DNA of 64,000 nt from a bacterium (GTDB lineage Bacteria > JAMCPX01), in assembly GCA_037439545.1 (NCBI GenBank), contig JBBIVV010000003.1, positions 12,906-76,905 of the forward strand, written 5' to 3'. Each line of letters begins with the position of its first letter. The stretch's first letter is position 1. Positions 30,131 through 41,355 of this stretch are shown here, in pieces. The notes beneath the pieces were generated by a model. It was given only the letters and a program-made list of their open reading frames with translations, was not told where the DNA came from and made no database searches. The translations under genes and the position numbers were made by a program.

Positions 30131-31207
30131 ATGGTTGAAGCGATAAAACTTGTAGTAAGCGATCTGCATCTCGGAAGGGGAAGATTCACGTCTGAAGGCA
30201 TAAGGAACCCTTATGAGGATTTCTTTTTCGATGAGAGTTTTTCCGAGTTGATAGGTTATTATACGTCCGGAACATATACCGATTATGACGTGGAACTGAT
30301 TATAAACGGAGATTTTCTCAACTTGCTTCAGGCAGATATACTAAAGGACGGGGTTACCATTGGAGAGCCTGAAAGTGTTCTTATGCTCCAGAGGATCATA
30401 AAAGGACACCCCGTATTTTTCGATTCTCTCAGACAGTTTTTGTATGCATTAAATCATCATGTAAGCATAATTATCGGCAACCATGATCAGGGTTTACTCT
30501 GGAATGAGGTCGAAAGATTTTTGAAAAATGCCCTTTCTCCGCGCATAGAACTCTACAGCCGTTCAAAAACATTCAATGACATATACATAGAACACGGCAA
30601 TAACTACGATATCCTGAACGGATTTTCTCCCATCGATTCTATAAAAAAATCTCCGGTAACGAATGAACCGGCACTCAATATACCCTGGGGCAGTTATTTC
30701 GTATTAACGTTCATCTATCCGAGAAAAAAGAACACGCCGTATCTCGACAGGATAAAGCCCCTGAGGAAATATATAAGGTGGGGGCTTTTGTTCGACACAA
30801 GAAAAACGGTGATTACCCTGCTCCAGATGGTATGGTTCTATCTCAAAAACAGGTTCCATGCAGACCCCCACAGACGCAGGAAGTTCCGCATATCCCTCGA
30901 ACATGTCATGGAATCGTTGAAGTTAGGCTCTATTACGGACATTGCTTTCTCTATATTGAAACACACGAATTACAGGATAGTAATCATGGGTCATACACAC
31001 AAGGCACTGCATATGGAGGTGCAGGGCAAGCAATATCTTAATACGGGCACGTGGACGGATATCGTGGATATGGGTATCGATAATCCAGGCAGGCACACGA
31101 AACTTACCTATGTACTGATCGATTACCGTGTAAACCCGGCAAGGGTAAGCCTCAGGGAATGGCACGGGAATTACAGGATAGAAAATGAAATACATGGATG
31201 GTTGTAA
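30131..31207 (+). CDS. metallophosphoesterase (calcineurin-like), specificity unknown
   Basis: Motifs VVSDLHLG, NGDFLN, GNHD and MGHTH. Confidence 0.75.
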   Translation: MVEAIKLVVSDLHLGRGRFTSEGIRNPYEDFFFDESFSELIGYYTSGTYTDYDVELIINGDFLNLLQADILKDGVTIGEPESVLMLQRIIKGHPVFFDSLRQFLYALNHHVSIIIGNHDQGLLWNEVERFLKNALSPRIELYSRSKTFNDIYIEHGNNYDILNGFSPIDSIKKSPVTNEPALNIPWGSYFVLTFIYPRKKNTPYLDRIKPLRKYIRWGLLFDTRKTVITLLQMVWFYLKNRFHADPHRRRKFRISLEHVMESLKLGSITDIAFSILKHTNYRIVIMGHTHKALHMEVQGKQYLNTGTWTDIVDMGIDNPGRHTKLTYVLIDYRVNPARVSLREWHGNYRIENEIHGWL

Positions 31208-31284
31208 CATGGAAAGGTTGATCGAATGAACAAATTTTGCCATGGTAATTTTTCCGTTAAGCCGGTAAGTGCTCATAAGGCATC

Positions 31285-32118
31285 ATGAACTTTTTACTCG
31301 GCGCTCTATTTTTTTCGATCATTCAGGGACACGGTGTCAGTATGACGGTGGTCCCTGACCGGCTCTATCCCGGGAGTCCATTTTTAGTGAGCATGAGCGG
31401 ACTTGTGTCAGGCACAGCCTACGACATTCAATTCGATAACCGCGCCCTTCGATTTACCGGCAGCGGCAAAGCAACCGTTTTACTCGGAGTCGATCTGTCC
31501 CATCCGGCAGGCATGGATCACATAAGCCTCTCTGCACAGGGTATAAGCACGCCGGTTACCTCTGCGACTATCCGGATACACCGGCATACCTATCCGGCAC
31601 AGTATCTAAAACTACCTAAAAACTATGTAGAACTTACCCCCGCGGAATTACAAAGAGCAGAGAAAGAACAGGCACAGTTGGACAGGCTCTTTGCCGTCGA
31701 TACCATGCCTCCATTATGGAGCGGAGATTTTATAATGCCGCTTCGTGGCATAATAACGGCGCCGTTCGGGGGGAGGAGATTTTTGAACGGCGAACCCAGG
31801 TCTCCTCACACGGGCATAGACATAGCGGCACGTGCAGGAGCTCCTGTCGTTGCGACGAACAGGGGTATCGTGTGTTTTACCGGAAATCTGTTTTTCGGCG
31901 GTAACAGTATTATAATAGATCATGGTCAGGGCATTTATTCCATGTATTTTCATCTTGATAAGTATGCAGTGAAAAATGGGGAGCAGGTGAACAAGGGGCA
32001 GATAATAGGCTATGCCGGCAACTCAGGACGTGTGACAGGAGCAGCACTGCACTTCGGCGTACGGATCATGGACAGTAAGATTGATCCCCAGTTATTGTTC
32101 CCGCTCATACAACAGTAA
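31285..32118 (+). CDS. M23 family metallopeptidase
   Basis: HTGIDIAA...G.PV, IIIDHGQGIYSMYFHL and GNSGRVTGAALHFGV (HxxxD / HxH M23 signature). Confidence 0.88.
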   Translation: MNFLLGALFFSIIQGHGVSMTVVPDRLYPGSPFLVSMSGLVSGTAYDIQFDNRALRFTGSGKATVLLGVDLSHPAGMDHISLSAQGISTPVTSATIRIHRHTYPAQYLKLPKNYVELTPAELQRAEKEQAQLDRLFAVDTMPPLWSGDFIMPLRGIITAPFGGRRFLNGEPRSPHTGIDIAARAGAPVVATNRGIVCFTGNLFFGGNSIIIDHGQGIYSMYFHLDKYAVKNGEQVNKGQIIGYAGNSGRVTGAALHFGVRIMDSKIDPQLLFPLIQQ

Positions 32119-32238
32119 TTCTTATATCGCCGCAAACTTTTTCCCCTTTTAAACAAACTCCCCTGTTTGGAAATGTAAAATCAAAATTTTATTGCTATTC
32201 GATGTAGGAATAAGGTATAGTAATAATGGAGGTTATTG

Positions 32239-33297
32239 ATGGGAAACAAAAAGCCTTTGGAAAAAATGATGAGTGAGTACGACAAAAAACCGAGAACATC
32301 ATTGAAAATCGGTTTATGCCTCAGCGGCGGTGCCATACGGGGGCTTGCTCATGTCGGCGTTCTCCGTGTCCTTTATAACGAATTTATCCCCATTGACTTT
32401 ATAACAGGCAGCAGCGCAGGATCCATTGTTGCAGGGCTGTATGCCTTGTACGGCTATCATTCAAGCTGGTCGGTCTTTGAAAAGACACTAAGAAACAGAT
32501 CCATCTTTAAAATTAAAAAAGGGAAGAATGACGAGTTCTTTGATTCAGCATATTTTAAAGTGTGGCTAAAAGCGCTTTTTGGAGATGCCACTTTTCATGA
32601 TGTGAAGATCCCTTTTGAGGTTACGGCACTCGATATCGTATCAGGCAAGACCATCTACATAAGCGAGGGATACCTCAGAGATGCGATATATGCCTCCTGT
32701 GCGGTACCGGGTGTATGGAAGCCTGCCAAAGTCGGCAGTATGCTTCTTGTCGACGGGTCGTTTGGGAATGATGCCCCTGTTGACTGGCTGAGAGGAAAAG
32801 GAGCTGACGTTATCATAGTTTCCATCGTCAACATCTACAATGAATTCCTCTACGGTACCGGTCTCTCGGTATCACGGTTATTAAAGCTCATAGCATCAAG
32901 ACGCCTTCTCAATCCGTTCATTACCGCAAGCGGCAGAGGGCTTGAATACGTAACGAGGGACATGAAGGACATGGAGAAGAAACCATTGTGGAGCTTGCTG
33001 CGGACAATCGCTGTGTTCGGCAAAAATTTCGATACGCAGAAATGGGGCACTGATGCCGATGTCAAGATAGTGCCGGACATAGGGGATTTTTATTCGAGTA
33101 ATCCAGGGTATTTATCCAGGAATAAGAGGACGGAATTTATAGCGGCAGGCGCTATTGCGACATGGAAGAAGATCCCCCAGTTAAAGCACATTCTTGGAGA
33201 GATAAAGTTAAAGAAGGAAATGTCAGGCTCGGCTTCCGATAAGATAAAGAAACAGATTAAGAGTGTAAAGAATTCTTTCCTGAAATTAGTCGGCTAA
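32239..33297 (+). CDS. patatin-like phospholipase
   Basis: GLCLSGGAIRGLAHVGVL (oxyanion GGxR), GSSAGS (GxSxG nucleophile), and DGSF (catalytic Asp). The ATG at 32239 is preferred over the TTG at 32236, and a GGAGG lies 5 nt upstream. Confidence 0.85.
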   Translation: MGNKKPLEKMMSEYDKKPRTSLKIGLCLSGGAIRGLAHVGVLRVLYNEFIPIDFITGSSAGSIVAGLYALYGYHSSWSVFEKTLRNRSIFKIKKGKNDEFFDSAYFKVWLKALFGDATFHDVKIPFEVTALDIVSGKTIYISEGYLRDAIYASCAVPGVWKPAKVGSMLLVDGSFGNDAPVDWLRGKGADVIIVSIVNIYNEFLYGTGLSVSRLLKLIASRRLLNPFITASGRGLEYVTRDMKDMEKKPLWSLLRTIAVFGKNFDTQKWGTDADVKIVPDIGDFYSSNPGYLSRNKRTEFIAAGAIATWKKIPQLKHILGEIKLKKEMSGSASDKIKKQIKSVKNSFLKLVG

Positions 33298-33313
33298 GTT
33301 TTATCATTCCGCC

Positions 33314-33694
33314 TTAGAGGGTGTCCGGCCCCTTAGGACTTTGAGGTGCCGTATCTTCTTTTATTTCTTTCTGAGATGCCGGGACAGATGTGTTTGCTTT
33401 CTTTACCGTCTTCTTTCTCTTCCCCTTTTTCTTTGCCCCGGATTTTTTCGATACCTCGTTCAGCCTTAAATTCAGTTTTGTAATCTCGCCGTTCAGTTTT
33501 TTGATGTCTTCGAGAGAAGGCATATTCAAAATGCCGAGTGCCAGAGGCATCACGGCATCAAGTCTCGATTTTAGTTTCATCATCTGTTCAAAAGTCTTGT
33601 TTAATACGGGCTGTATCTTTTTCGACGAAAGCAGCTTGGTTGCCACTTCACTTATTGTCAAACCTTCAAAAAAATCCGATGTCTTTTTCTTCAT
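33314..33694 (-). CDS. small coiled-coil protein with Lys-rich tail (phasin-like?)
   Basis: Trimmed to ATG 33694, which has an AGGAGG RBS upstream. ...NMPSLEDIKKLNGEITKLNLRLNEV... resembles PHA-granule phasin/regulator C-termini. The KKKGKRKKTVKK tail is basic. The functional call is weak. Confidence 0.4.
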   Translation of the reverse strand: MKKKTSDFFEGLTISEVATKLLSSKKIQPVLNKTFEQMMKLKSRLDAVMPLALGILNMPSLEDIKKLNGEITKLNLRLNEVSKKSGAKKKGKRKKTVKKANTSVPASQKEIKEDTAPQSPKGPDTL

Positions 33695-33755
33695 AACCTC
33701 TCCTCCTGTCCTCATCTAACCCAAACTTGCGAAGATATGTCAATTATTTTTACAA

Positions 33756-33784
33756 TTGACACGCATAAAATACGCTATTATAGA
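33756..33784 (+). promoter_or_regulatory. sigma70-type promoter candidate, possibly giving a near-leaderless mRNA
   Basis: TTGACA (33756-33761), a 17-nt spacer, then TATAGA (33779-33784). The -10 element ends only 8 nt before ATG 33793, and no Shine-Dalgarno sequence is visible. Confidence 0.3.
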
Positions 33785-33792
33785 AATCAATT

Positions 33793-35334
33793 ATGAAAAA
33801 AGTCCTGATAGTGTCATCACTACTGCCGGTTTTCCTTTTATCTTTTGTGCTTTCCTGCAGTAAAAGAGGCACTGCTCAATCATCTTCATCCACAGCGACA
33901 CTGGTCATAGGCATTGAAGGCGACCCTGCGAACCTCGATCCCCGGTATGCTACTGACGCATATTCTCAGCAGATAGACAGATTGTGCTTCCAGGGTTTGA
34001 TGAGATATAAAAGGGACGGCACCCTTGTCCCGCTGCTTGCAGAGCACGTTGCCATTGAAAACAATACAACGATACAGTTTGACCTCAAAAGGGGCATCAC
34101 ATTTCAGGATGGTTCTCCTTTCACTGCGCAGGATGTCTTTTCAACAATAGACGGCATTATACGATCAGGCACCTACTCGCCGTATACAGAGGCATTATCG
34201 CATATAAAAGATATGAGGGTTTTAAGCCCCTGGAGGCTGACAATCCAGCTTAAAGAGCCTTATGCACCGATACTCACGGCCTTTGTCATAGGCATACTGC
34301 CGCATAAGCTCGCGTACAAGAAAGAGATACCGGTCGATGAATTTACAGGGACAGGCCCTTACAGGTTCTCTGTGTATAAGCAGGCAGGGTATGTTAAACT
34401 TGAAGCATACAACGGATATTGGCAGGGTGCACCCGGGATAAAGAATATCGTATTCAGAGTCATGCCTGATGACCTGACCCGCGTGCTTGAGCTTGAGAAA
34501 GGCAGTATAGACATGCTTGTCAATGCTGTTCCCCCTGATTCTGTAAACAGCCTTGAGCATACCGGACACATCCGCGTTATCGCAGGCCCTGGAAATAATT
34601 ATGAATACCTTGGGTTTAACATGAAGGACCCTATACTCGGAAGAAAGAGGGTCAGGCAGGCAATAGCAAACGCAATAAACAGGGAGGACATTATACGGTA
34701 TGTTCTGTTTAATCAGGCAGAGCCTGCGGCAGGCATACTGCCTGAATGGAACAACGCGTACAACCCGGGCCTCCGGCAGTATGCCTATGACCCTTCAAAA
34801 GCAAAACGATTGCTCGATCAGGCCGGATTTCCCGAAAAACACGGGTACAGGTTTACCCTCGATTATAAAACATCGAACAACCCTCTGTCCGTAAGGGTCG
34901 CACAGGCAATTTCATATCAGCTTGAACACGTAGGCATAAAGGTCAATCTCAGATCGTACGAATGGGCAACCTTTTACAACGACATCCGGCACGGAAATTT
35001 TCAGATATATACCTTAAGATGGGTCGGTGTCATGGACCCTGATATATTTTACTATGCGTTTGATTCGAATGCCGTTCCACCGTATGGCGCAAACAGAGGG
35101 TATTATTCGAACCCGGATGTGGACAGGCTCCTTGAGCAGGCACGGGGCATACTGAACATACATGAATCCCTGCCGCTGTATATGCATGTCCAGAGCATCA
35201 TTGCCGATGACCTGCCCTGCGTGAGCCTGTGGTATATGAAGGACATAACCGCAATCAGGGACAGGGTCCACAACTTCGAGCCCTTTCCCGGCGGAGGATA
35301 TACAGGTATTGAAAAGGCATATTTAACCAAATAA
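33793..35334 (+). CDS. ABC transporter substrate-binding lipoprotein, family 5 (peptide/nickel type)
   Basis: Lipobox VLSC. The fold is SBP_bac_5-like (LVIGIEGDPANLDPRYATD...). The length is 513 aa. No permease or ATPase genes are adjacent. Confidence 0.85.
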   Translation: MKKVLIVSSLLPVFLLSFVLSCSKRGTAQSSSSTATLVIGIEGDPANLDPRYATDAYSQQIDRLCFQGLMRYKRDGTLVPLLAEHVAIENNTTIQFDLKRGITFQDGSPFTAQDVFSTIDGIIRSGTYSPYTEALSHIKDMRVLSPWRLTIQLKEPYAPILTAFVIGILPHKLAYKKEIPVDEFTGTGPYRFSVYKQAGYVKLEAYNGYWQGAPGIKNIVFRVMPDDLTRVLELEKGSIDMLVNAVPPDSVNSLEHTGHIRVIAGPGNNYEYLGFNMKDPILGRKRVRQAIANAINREDIIRYVLFNQAEPAAGILPEWNNAYNPGLRQYAYDPSKAKRLLDQAGFPEKHGYRFTLDYKTSNNPLSVRVAQAISYQLEHVGIKVNLRSYEWATFYNDIRHGNFQIYTLRWVGVMDPDIFYYAFDSNAVPPYGANRGYYSNPDVDRLLEQARGILNIHESLPLYMHVQSIIADDLPCVSLWYMKDITAIRDRVHNFEPFPGGGYTGIEKAYLTK

Positions 35335-35407
35335 TGAATGTAGAATACAGGAAGTTCGACGGAGGCTTCCTACTTGAAAGTTTTCTATTTAAGTATACAA
35401 TAATATT

Positions 35408-36418
35408 ATGCAAAAAGAGGGTATTAAAAATCTTGAGATAGCCATTCTGTTTTCAGCACTTCTGCATATTATAATCCTGTATGCGTTCAGGTATAATATG
35501 TTGCACGTAAGCCCTGTTATCAATCAGCCCCAAAAATATATCGAACTCAGTACAGTTCCACCCGAAGATCTGAAAAGCGAAAATGCAGAACCGGTGCCTG
35601 AAAAAAACGATATGCTGCCGAAAAAAAACGACCGGCAGAAACTCGTTCTTAAAAATCAGATAGTGGACATTCCGAAACCTCTTGTTCAGCAGGAGCCCAA
35701 GAAAACAGCCTATCTGTCGAACTGGTCGCAGAGCGTAAACGAAGAAATGGTCAGCAAGCATAAGGGCGGCGGTTATGGGACAGACGGTCTGAAATCACTT
35801 GAGGTCAGTGCAAAGCCGCAGGTCCCTGAAGCTGGCAATGAAAAAACGATTCCAAAACCACCGGAGGCAAAGCCATTGGCAGATGAGGAAGGGCTGACAT
35901 CGAATCCAAAGGACACGCTTTCTCTTAAGCAGCACAACAGTTCACAGTCAGGCAAGGACCAGAAACTCGCCCTGAATTCGCTGCTGCCTTCTTATTCGAG
36001 GATGAGGGAAAACCAGGGTATAGGCGATAACAATTATCTTCCTGGCCTTAAAGAAGGGGACGTGACCCTTCTGAACACCAAGAGCTTTGTGTATGCCGGC
36101 TTTGTGAGGAGGGTTGCGTACAGGATATTCGATCAGTTTATATTCGATATGCGGAACAGTGATATAAGCCCGGATGAAATAAACAACATTAACAGTCATG
36201 CATATATTGAAGCCAATATGAACCAGGCAGGTAAATTGATATCCGTAAAACTGCTCAGGTCGTCAGGTTCGCCGGCATGGGACCATATGGCAATAGAGGC
36301 GTGCAAAGACGCAACATGGGATGCGAATCCTCCCAAAGGAGCAGAAGGCAAAGATGGGGTCATACATTTTGTATTTGCCCCGGGTAAAGATGTTCTTGTT
36401 GTCGGTTTGCTTGACTGA
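35408..36418 (+). CDS. TonB-like energy-transducer family protein
   Basis: N-terminal TM (LEIAILFSALLHIIILYAF), a Pro/Lys/Glu-rich spacer, and a C-terminal TonB_C-like segment (GKLISVKLLRSSGSPAWDHMAIEACKDA). Confidence 0.55.
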   Translation: MQKEGIKNLEIAILFSALLHIIILYAFRYNMLHVSPVINQPQKYIELSTVPPEDLKSENAEPVPEKNDMLPKKNDRQKLVLKNQIVDIPKPLVQQEPKKTAYLSNWSQSVNEEMVSKHKGGGYGTDGLKSLEVSAKPQVPEAGNEKTIPKPPEAKPLADEEGLTSNPKDTLSLKQHNSSQSGKDQKLALNSLLPSYSRMRENQGIGDNNYLPGLKEGDVTLLNTKSFVYAGFVRRVAYRIFDQFIFDMRNSDISPDEINNINSHAYIEANMNQAGKLISVKLLRSSGSPAWDHMAIEACKDATWDANPPKGAEGKDGVIHFVFAPGKDVLVVGLLD

Positions 36419-36518
36419 TTGATAATATCTCTTGATAAGATAAAACTTCAGATTATATTTTAATAGTTGTAAGGGGTGACAGGAGTAACCCTTTAAGAAA
36501 TAATATTAAAAATAATAA

Positions 36519-38180
<1,662 letters not shown>

Positions 38181-38223
38181 AGATCCGGTCGTCTGAAACC
38201 ACGGGAAAATTAAGCAATAAGCA

Positions 38224-38252
38224 AGGGGCGCTGCATGCAGCGCCCCTTTTTC
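38224..38252 (+). terminator. rho-independent terminator after groEL (between convergent genes)
   Basis: GGGGCGCTGCATGCAGCGCCCC forms a stem-loop (self-complementary 22-mer) followed by TTTTT. Confidence 0.8.
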
Positions 38253-38267
38253 ATGTGCCTGAAATTG

Positions 38268-39764
38268 TCAGCAGATCACCTCATATACTGTGACGGGATT
38301 TTCTTTCCCCTTGACCGCTATCTCTCCGACCAGTTTCGTGTTCACGGGCCTTTGGACGAAGCTATTTGTCTCTCTCGAGATCAATATCTGATTTACCTGT
38401 GCAATGGACTGCAGCCGTGATGCTACATTGACGATGTTGCCGATGACCGTGTATTCAAGCCTCCGGGACGACCCGACCATAATACCGAGGACCGGTCCTG
38501 TATCTATGCCTATCCTTAAGGAGACGTCGATTCCATCCTCATTGTTTTTTACCCATCGGATCAATGATTCGGCTGAATTTATGGCCCTATCGGGATCATC
38601 GGCATGCGAGATCGGTGTGCCGAATACAGCCATAAAGCCGTCACCGAGGAACTTGTTTATGGATCCTCCGTTCGAAAGAACGATAGTCGTCGCCTTTTCA
38701 AAGAACGCACGCAGGATACGCGCGATCTCCCGGGGATTGTTCTTCTCCGTCAGCGAGGTAAAGCCCACGATGTCTGCGAACAGTATGGTGCTTCTGTTTA
38801 CCTCCTGCACATTCCACAGGGATGAAGGATTGTTCTTTATCATATCGAGAAATCCGGACACAGCCTCTATCGGTACGAATCGTTTGATCTGCTCTACGAT
38901 GTTTTTTTCGTCCGTTATTTTTTGAATGAGCCGTTCGTGGGCTATGGTCAAGGCAAGCAGGTTTGCAATGATGGTAATGAAATTCAGATTTTCTTCGCTG
39001 AACTGCTGCCGGCCGATCTTACGATCAGCATAGAGTGCACCGTAGATTTGGTCCTTTTCCCATATAGGGGCACAGATGGCGGAATATATGCCCATATTCT
39101 GTATCGTGCGGTCCCCGGTAAATCTATTGTCAATGCCCGCATTTTTCACAAGGATGCCCGCCCTGTTTTTTATGGATTTGTTGAGTATTGATGAACTGAT
39201 ACCCGTTACGCCCGGTCCCCGGACATGGCTTGCAGATTTCATCAATAGCTCTCCGGTAGTCTCATTTATTACCAGTATTGCCCCGTAATCTGCTTTAAGG
39301 GCGTTCCCTATCGATTTTATGGTATGATCATAAAATTGTTCCTGGTCATGCGTGTAGATACCTTCCCGGGCGACAGAGAATATGATGTCCAGATACACAT
39401 TGTTTAACAGCGAGGGTGAAGAGGCTATACTGTTGAGCTCAGCGGACGGGACTTCCTTGACGGTTATAAGCTCCTCGTCTTTGAAGACCAATACCACATT
39501 GCCTGCTTTAATCTCATCCTGATCCTTTAATTTAATTTTTTCTGCAATCATCTCGCCGTTGAGAAGGGTGCCGTTTGAGCTTCCATTATCATAGACATAA
39601 TATCCGTCCGGTTCTTTTTTTATGACGAAATGATTTCTGGAAACACTCGAGTCGAACAGTACTATATCATTGGAGGGTAGTCTGCCGGCGCTTACCGCGC
39701 CTTTATCGATTACAAAAACCTCTTCGGACTGATTATTTTTTTGACTGTAAACCAGAGACGGCAT
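38268..39764 (-). CDS. FHA - GAF - class III adenylate/guanylate cyclase
   Basis: FHA domain (GRLPSNDIVLFDSSVSRNHFVIKK....YDNGSSNGTLLNG), a central GAF-like domain, and the cyclase catalytic domain (TILFADIVGFTSLTE...FLGDGFMAVFG). Confidence 0.85.
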   Translation of the reverse strand: MPSLVYSQKNNQSEEVFVIDKGAVSAGRLPSNDIVLFDSSVSRNHFVIKKEPDGYYVYDNGSSNGTLLNGEMIAEKIKLKDQDEIKAGNVVLVFKDEELITVKEVPSAELNSIASSPSLLNNVYLDIIFSVAREGIYTHDQEQFYDHTIKSIGNALKADYGAILVINETTGELLMKSASHVRGPGVTGISSSILNKSIKNRAGILVKNAGIDNRFTGDRTIQNMGIYSAICAPIWEKDQIYGALYADRKIGRQQFSEENLNFITIIANLLALTIAHERLIQKITDEKNIVEQIKRFVPIEAVSGFLDMIKNNPSSLWNVQEVNRSTILFADIVGFTSLTEKNNPREIARILRAFFEKATTIVLSNGGSINKFLGDGFMAVFGTPISHADDPDRAINSAESLIRWVKNNEDGIDVSLRIGIDTGPVLGIMVGSSRRLEYTVIGNIVNVASRLQSIAQVNQILISRETNSFVQRPVNTKLVGEIAVKGKENPVTVYEVIC

Positions 39765-39773
39765 GTACCGGCG

Positions 39774-41234
39774 CTACCATAAGAGTAACGTATATGCCAG
39801 AAAATTTACGGCAGAGAGGGCGATTGCTCCCCTCAGATATCCGCTGCCTTCAATCAATGGCTTACGCTTGAGGAAAACAAGTATTCCTATTGACAGAAGA
39901 AGGCTGAGGGCTGTCAATAAAATGCCGATCTGAAACATCGGAGATAAAAACCATTTCGGCAGTACCTTCAGGTTAAAGAAATAAAGAATATCGAGTATAA
40001 AAACCACCGGACCGCCTATGAGGCTTATGACCGGGAGCAGGACAAGTAAATGCATGGGTTTAATTGCAGGCTCGACGATCTTCATCGGCTTGCCGCATTT
40101 TTCGCATTGCTCCTTCGTATCCTGCTGGTAACCGCACCATGGGCATACGGAGGTCGAAGTCCGTCTTGTAACCCGAGCTTGAGTGAGTATGGCATTGTGC
40201 AGGTTGGCGCCGTTCATGTCCGTTTCGCGCAGATCAGCTCCGCTCAGGTTCGCACTGCTCAGGTCGCTGTAGGGAAGTACTGAATTGTTCATGATAGCAC
40301 CGGATAAGTTCGCTTCTTTTAGAGATGCTTTTGATGCCATCGCATGACTCAATATAACACCTTTCATATTTGCCATTGAAAAGTTTGTATGAACACACGA
40401 CGCATGAGACATACTGGAACGCTCGAGCATTGCACCGGTCATGACCGCATTGTCGAGTTTTGCATAGTCTAAAATAGCTCCCGAGAGCTGCGCATAATCA
40501 AGCTGTGAACCTTCGAGGTTGGCTCCTCTCAGGTTTGCATCCGTAAGATTGATATTACTCATCTTTGCAGAGGTGATGACCGCTTCGGACAGGTCGAGTC
40601 CCGACAGATTAATTCCTCTTAAATCGCTTGAAGGCATGAATACCTTTCTGAGCGATACACCTGTTAACAAGGCTTTCTGTATGTTCGACCCTCTCAATGT
40701 TGCACTGGAAAAATCAGCACCACGCATGTCTGCTTCTGATAGGTCTGACGATTCAAGGTTTGCATTTACAAAGCTTGCCCGGTATAGCAGTGCCTTGTTA
40801 AATTTTATGCCTGCTGCCCTTATGCTGTCGAATGTTGCCTCTTTCCCGTTTACCCCTGTCAGCGTTGCACCTGCCATCTGACAGGAAGTGAAGTCCGCCC
40901 GTTCAATAGTAGCAGATGACATGTTTGCTTCCTGAAGCACAGAACCGGAGAAATCGGCATTTCTCGCATCCGCCTTTGTCATCGTTGCACCCTGCAGGTT
41001 TGCACCCTTGAATGATGATTTTATCAGTTTTGCTTCTTTCATCAGACAGAAAGAAAGGTCCGCGTTATCGAATAGTGCTTCCGAGAGATCAGTGCCGGAT
41101 AGATCTGAATTTCTCATCCTTATGCCCGAAAGGTTTAGCCCCTTTAGATTCTCGCCCGTTAGTTTTACATTTGAAAGCTCAATCCCCTTGTCCTTATGAT
41201 CGGACATGTATTTAATCAGTTCGTCTCTGGTCAT
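39774..41234 (-). CDS. membrane-anchored pentapeptide-repeat protein with zinc-ribbon
   Basis: About 370 aa of A(D/N)LXX pentapeptide repeats (...ANLQGATMTKADARNADFSGSVLQEANMSSA...), then CPWCGYQQDTKEQCEKCG (CxxC-x10-CxxC) and three C-terminal TM helices. The ATG at 41234 is preferred over the TTG at 41270. Confidence 0.8.
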   Translation of the reverse strand: MTRDELIKYMSDHKDKGIELSNVKLTGENLKGLNLSGIRMRNSDLSGTDLSEALFDNADLSFCLMKEAKLIKSSFKGANLQGATMTKADARNADFSGSVLQEANMSSATIERADFTSCQMAGATLTGVNGKEATFDSIRAAGIKFNKALLYRASFVNANLESSDLSEADMRGADFSSATLRGSNIQKALLTGVSLRKVFMPSSDLRGINLSGLDLSEAVITSAKMSNINLTDANLRGANLEGSQLDYAQLSGAILDYAKLDNAVMTGAMLERSSMSHASCVHTNFSMANMKGVILSHAMASKASLKEANLSGAIMNNSVLPYSDLSSANLSGADLRETDMNGANLHNAILTQARVTRRTSTSVCPWCGYQQDTKEQCEKCGKPMKIVEPAIKPMHLLVLLPVISLIGGPVVFILDILYFFNLKVLPKWFLSPMFQIGILLTALSLLLSIGILVFLKRKPLIEGSGYLRGAIALSAVNFLAYTLLLW

Positions 41235-41355
41235 AAAAAGATTCTTATAACAATTATCGTAAATATGCAAGCGGGAATAGAGTCAGGAAGAAGTAACTCC
41301 TCAACTCCTTCTCCCTTGCTTTGACATTATAAAAAAAATGGGGTAAAAGAAAAGC

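Noticed and set aside
32239-33297. The patatin phospholipase as a CBASS or other anti-phage effector.
   Set aside because: There is no CD-NTase, SMODS, SAVED, TIR or other sensor/cyclase partner adjacent. The neighbours are an M23 peptidase and a coiled-coil protein.
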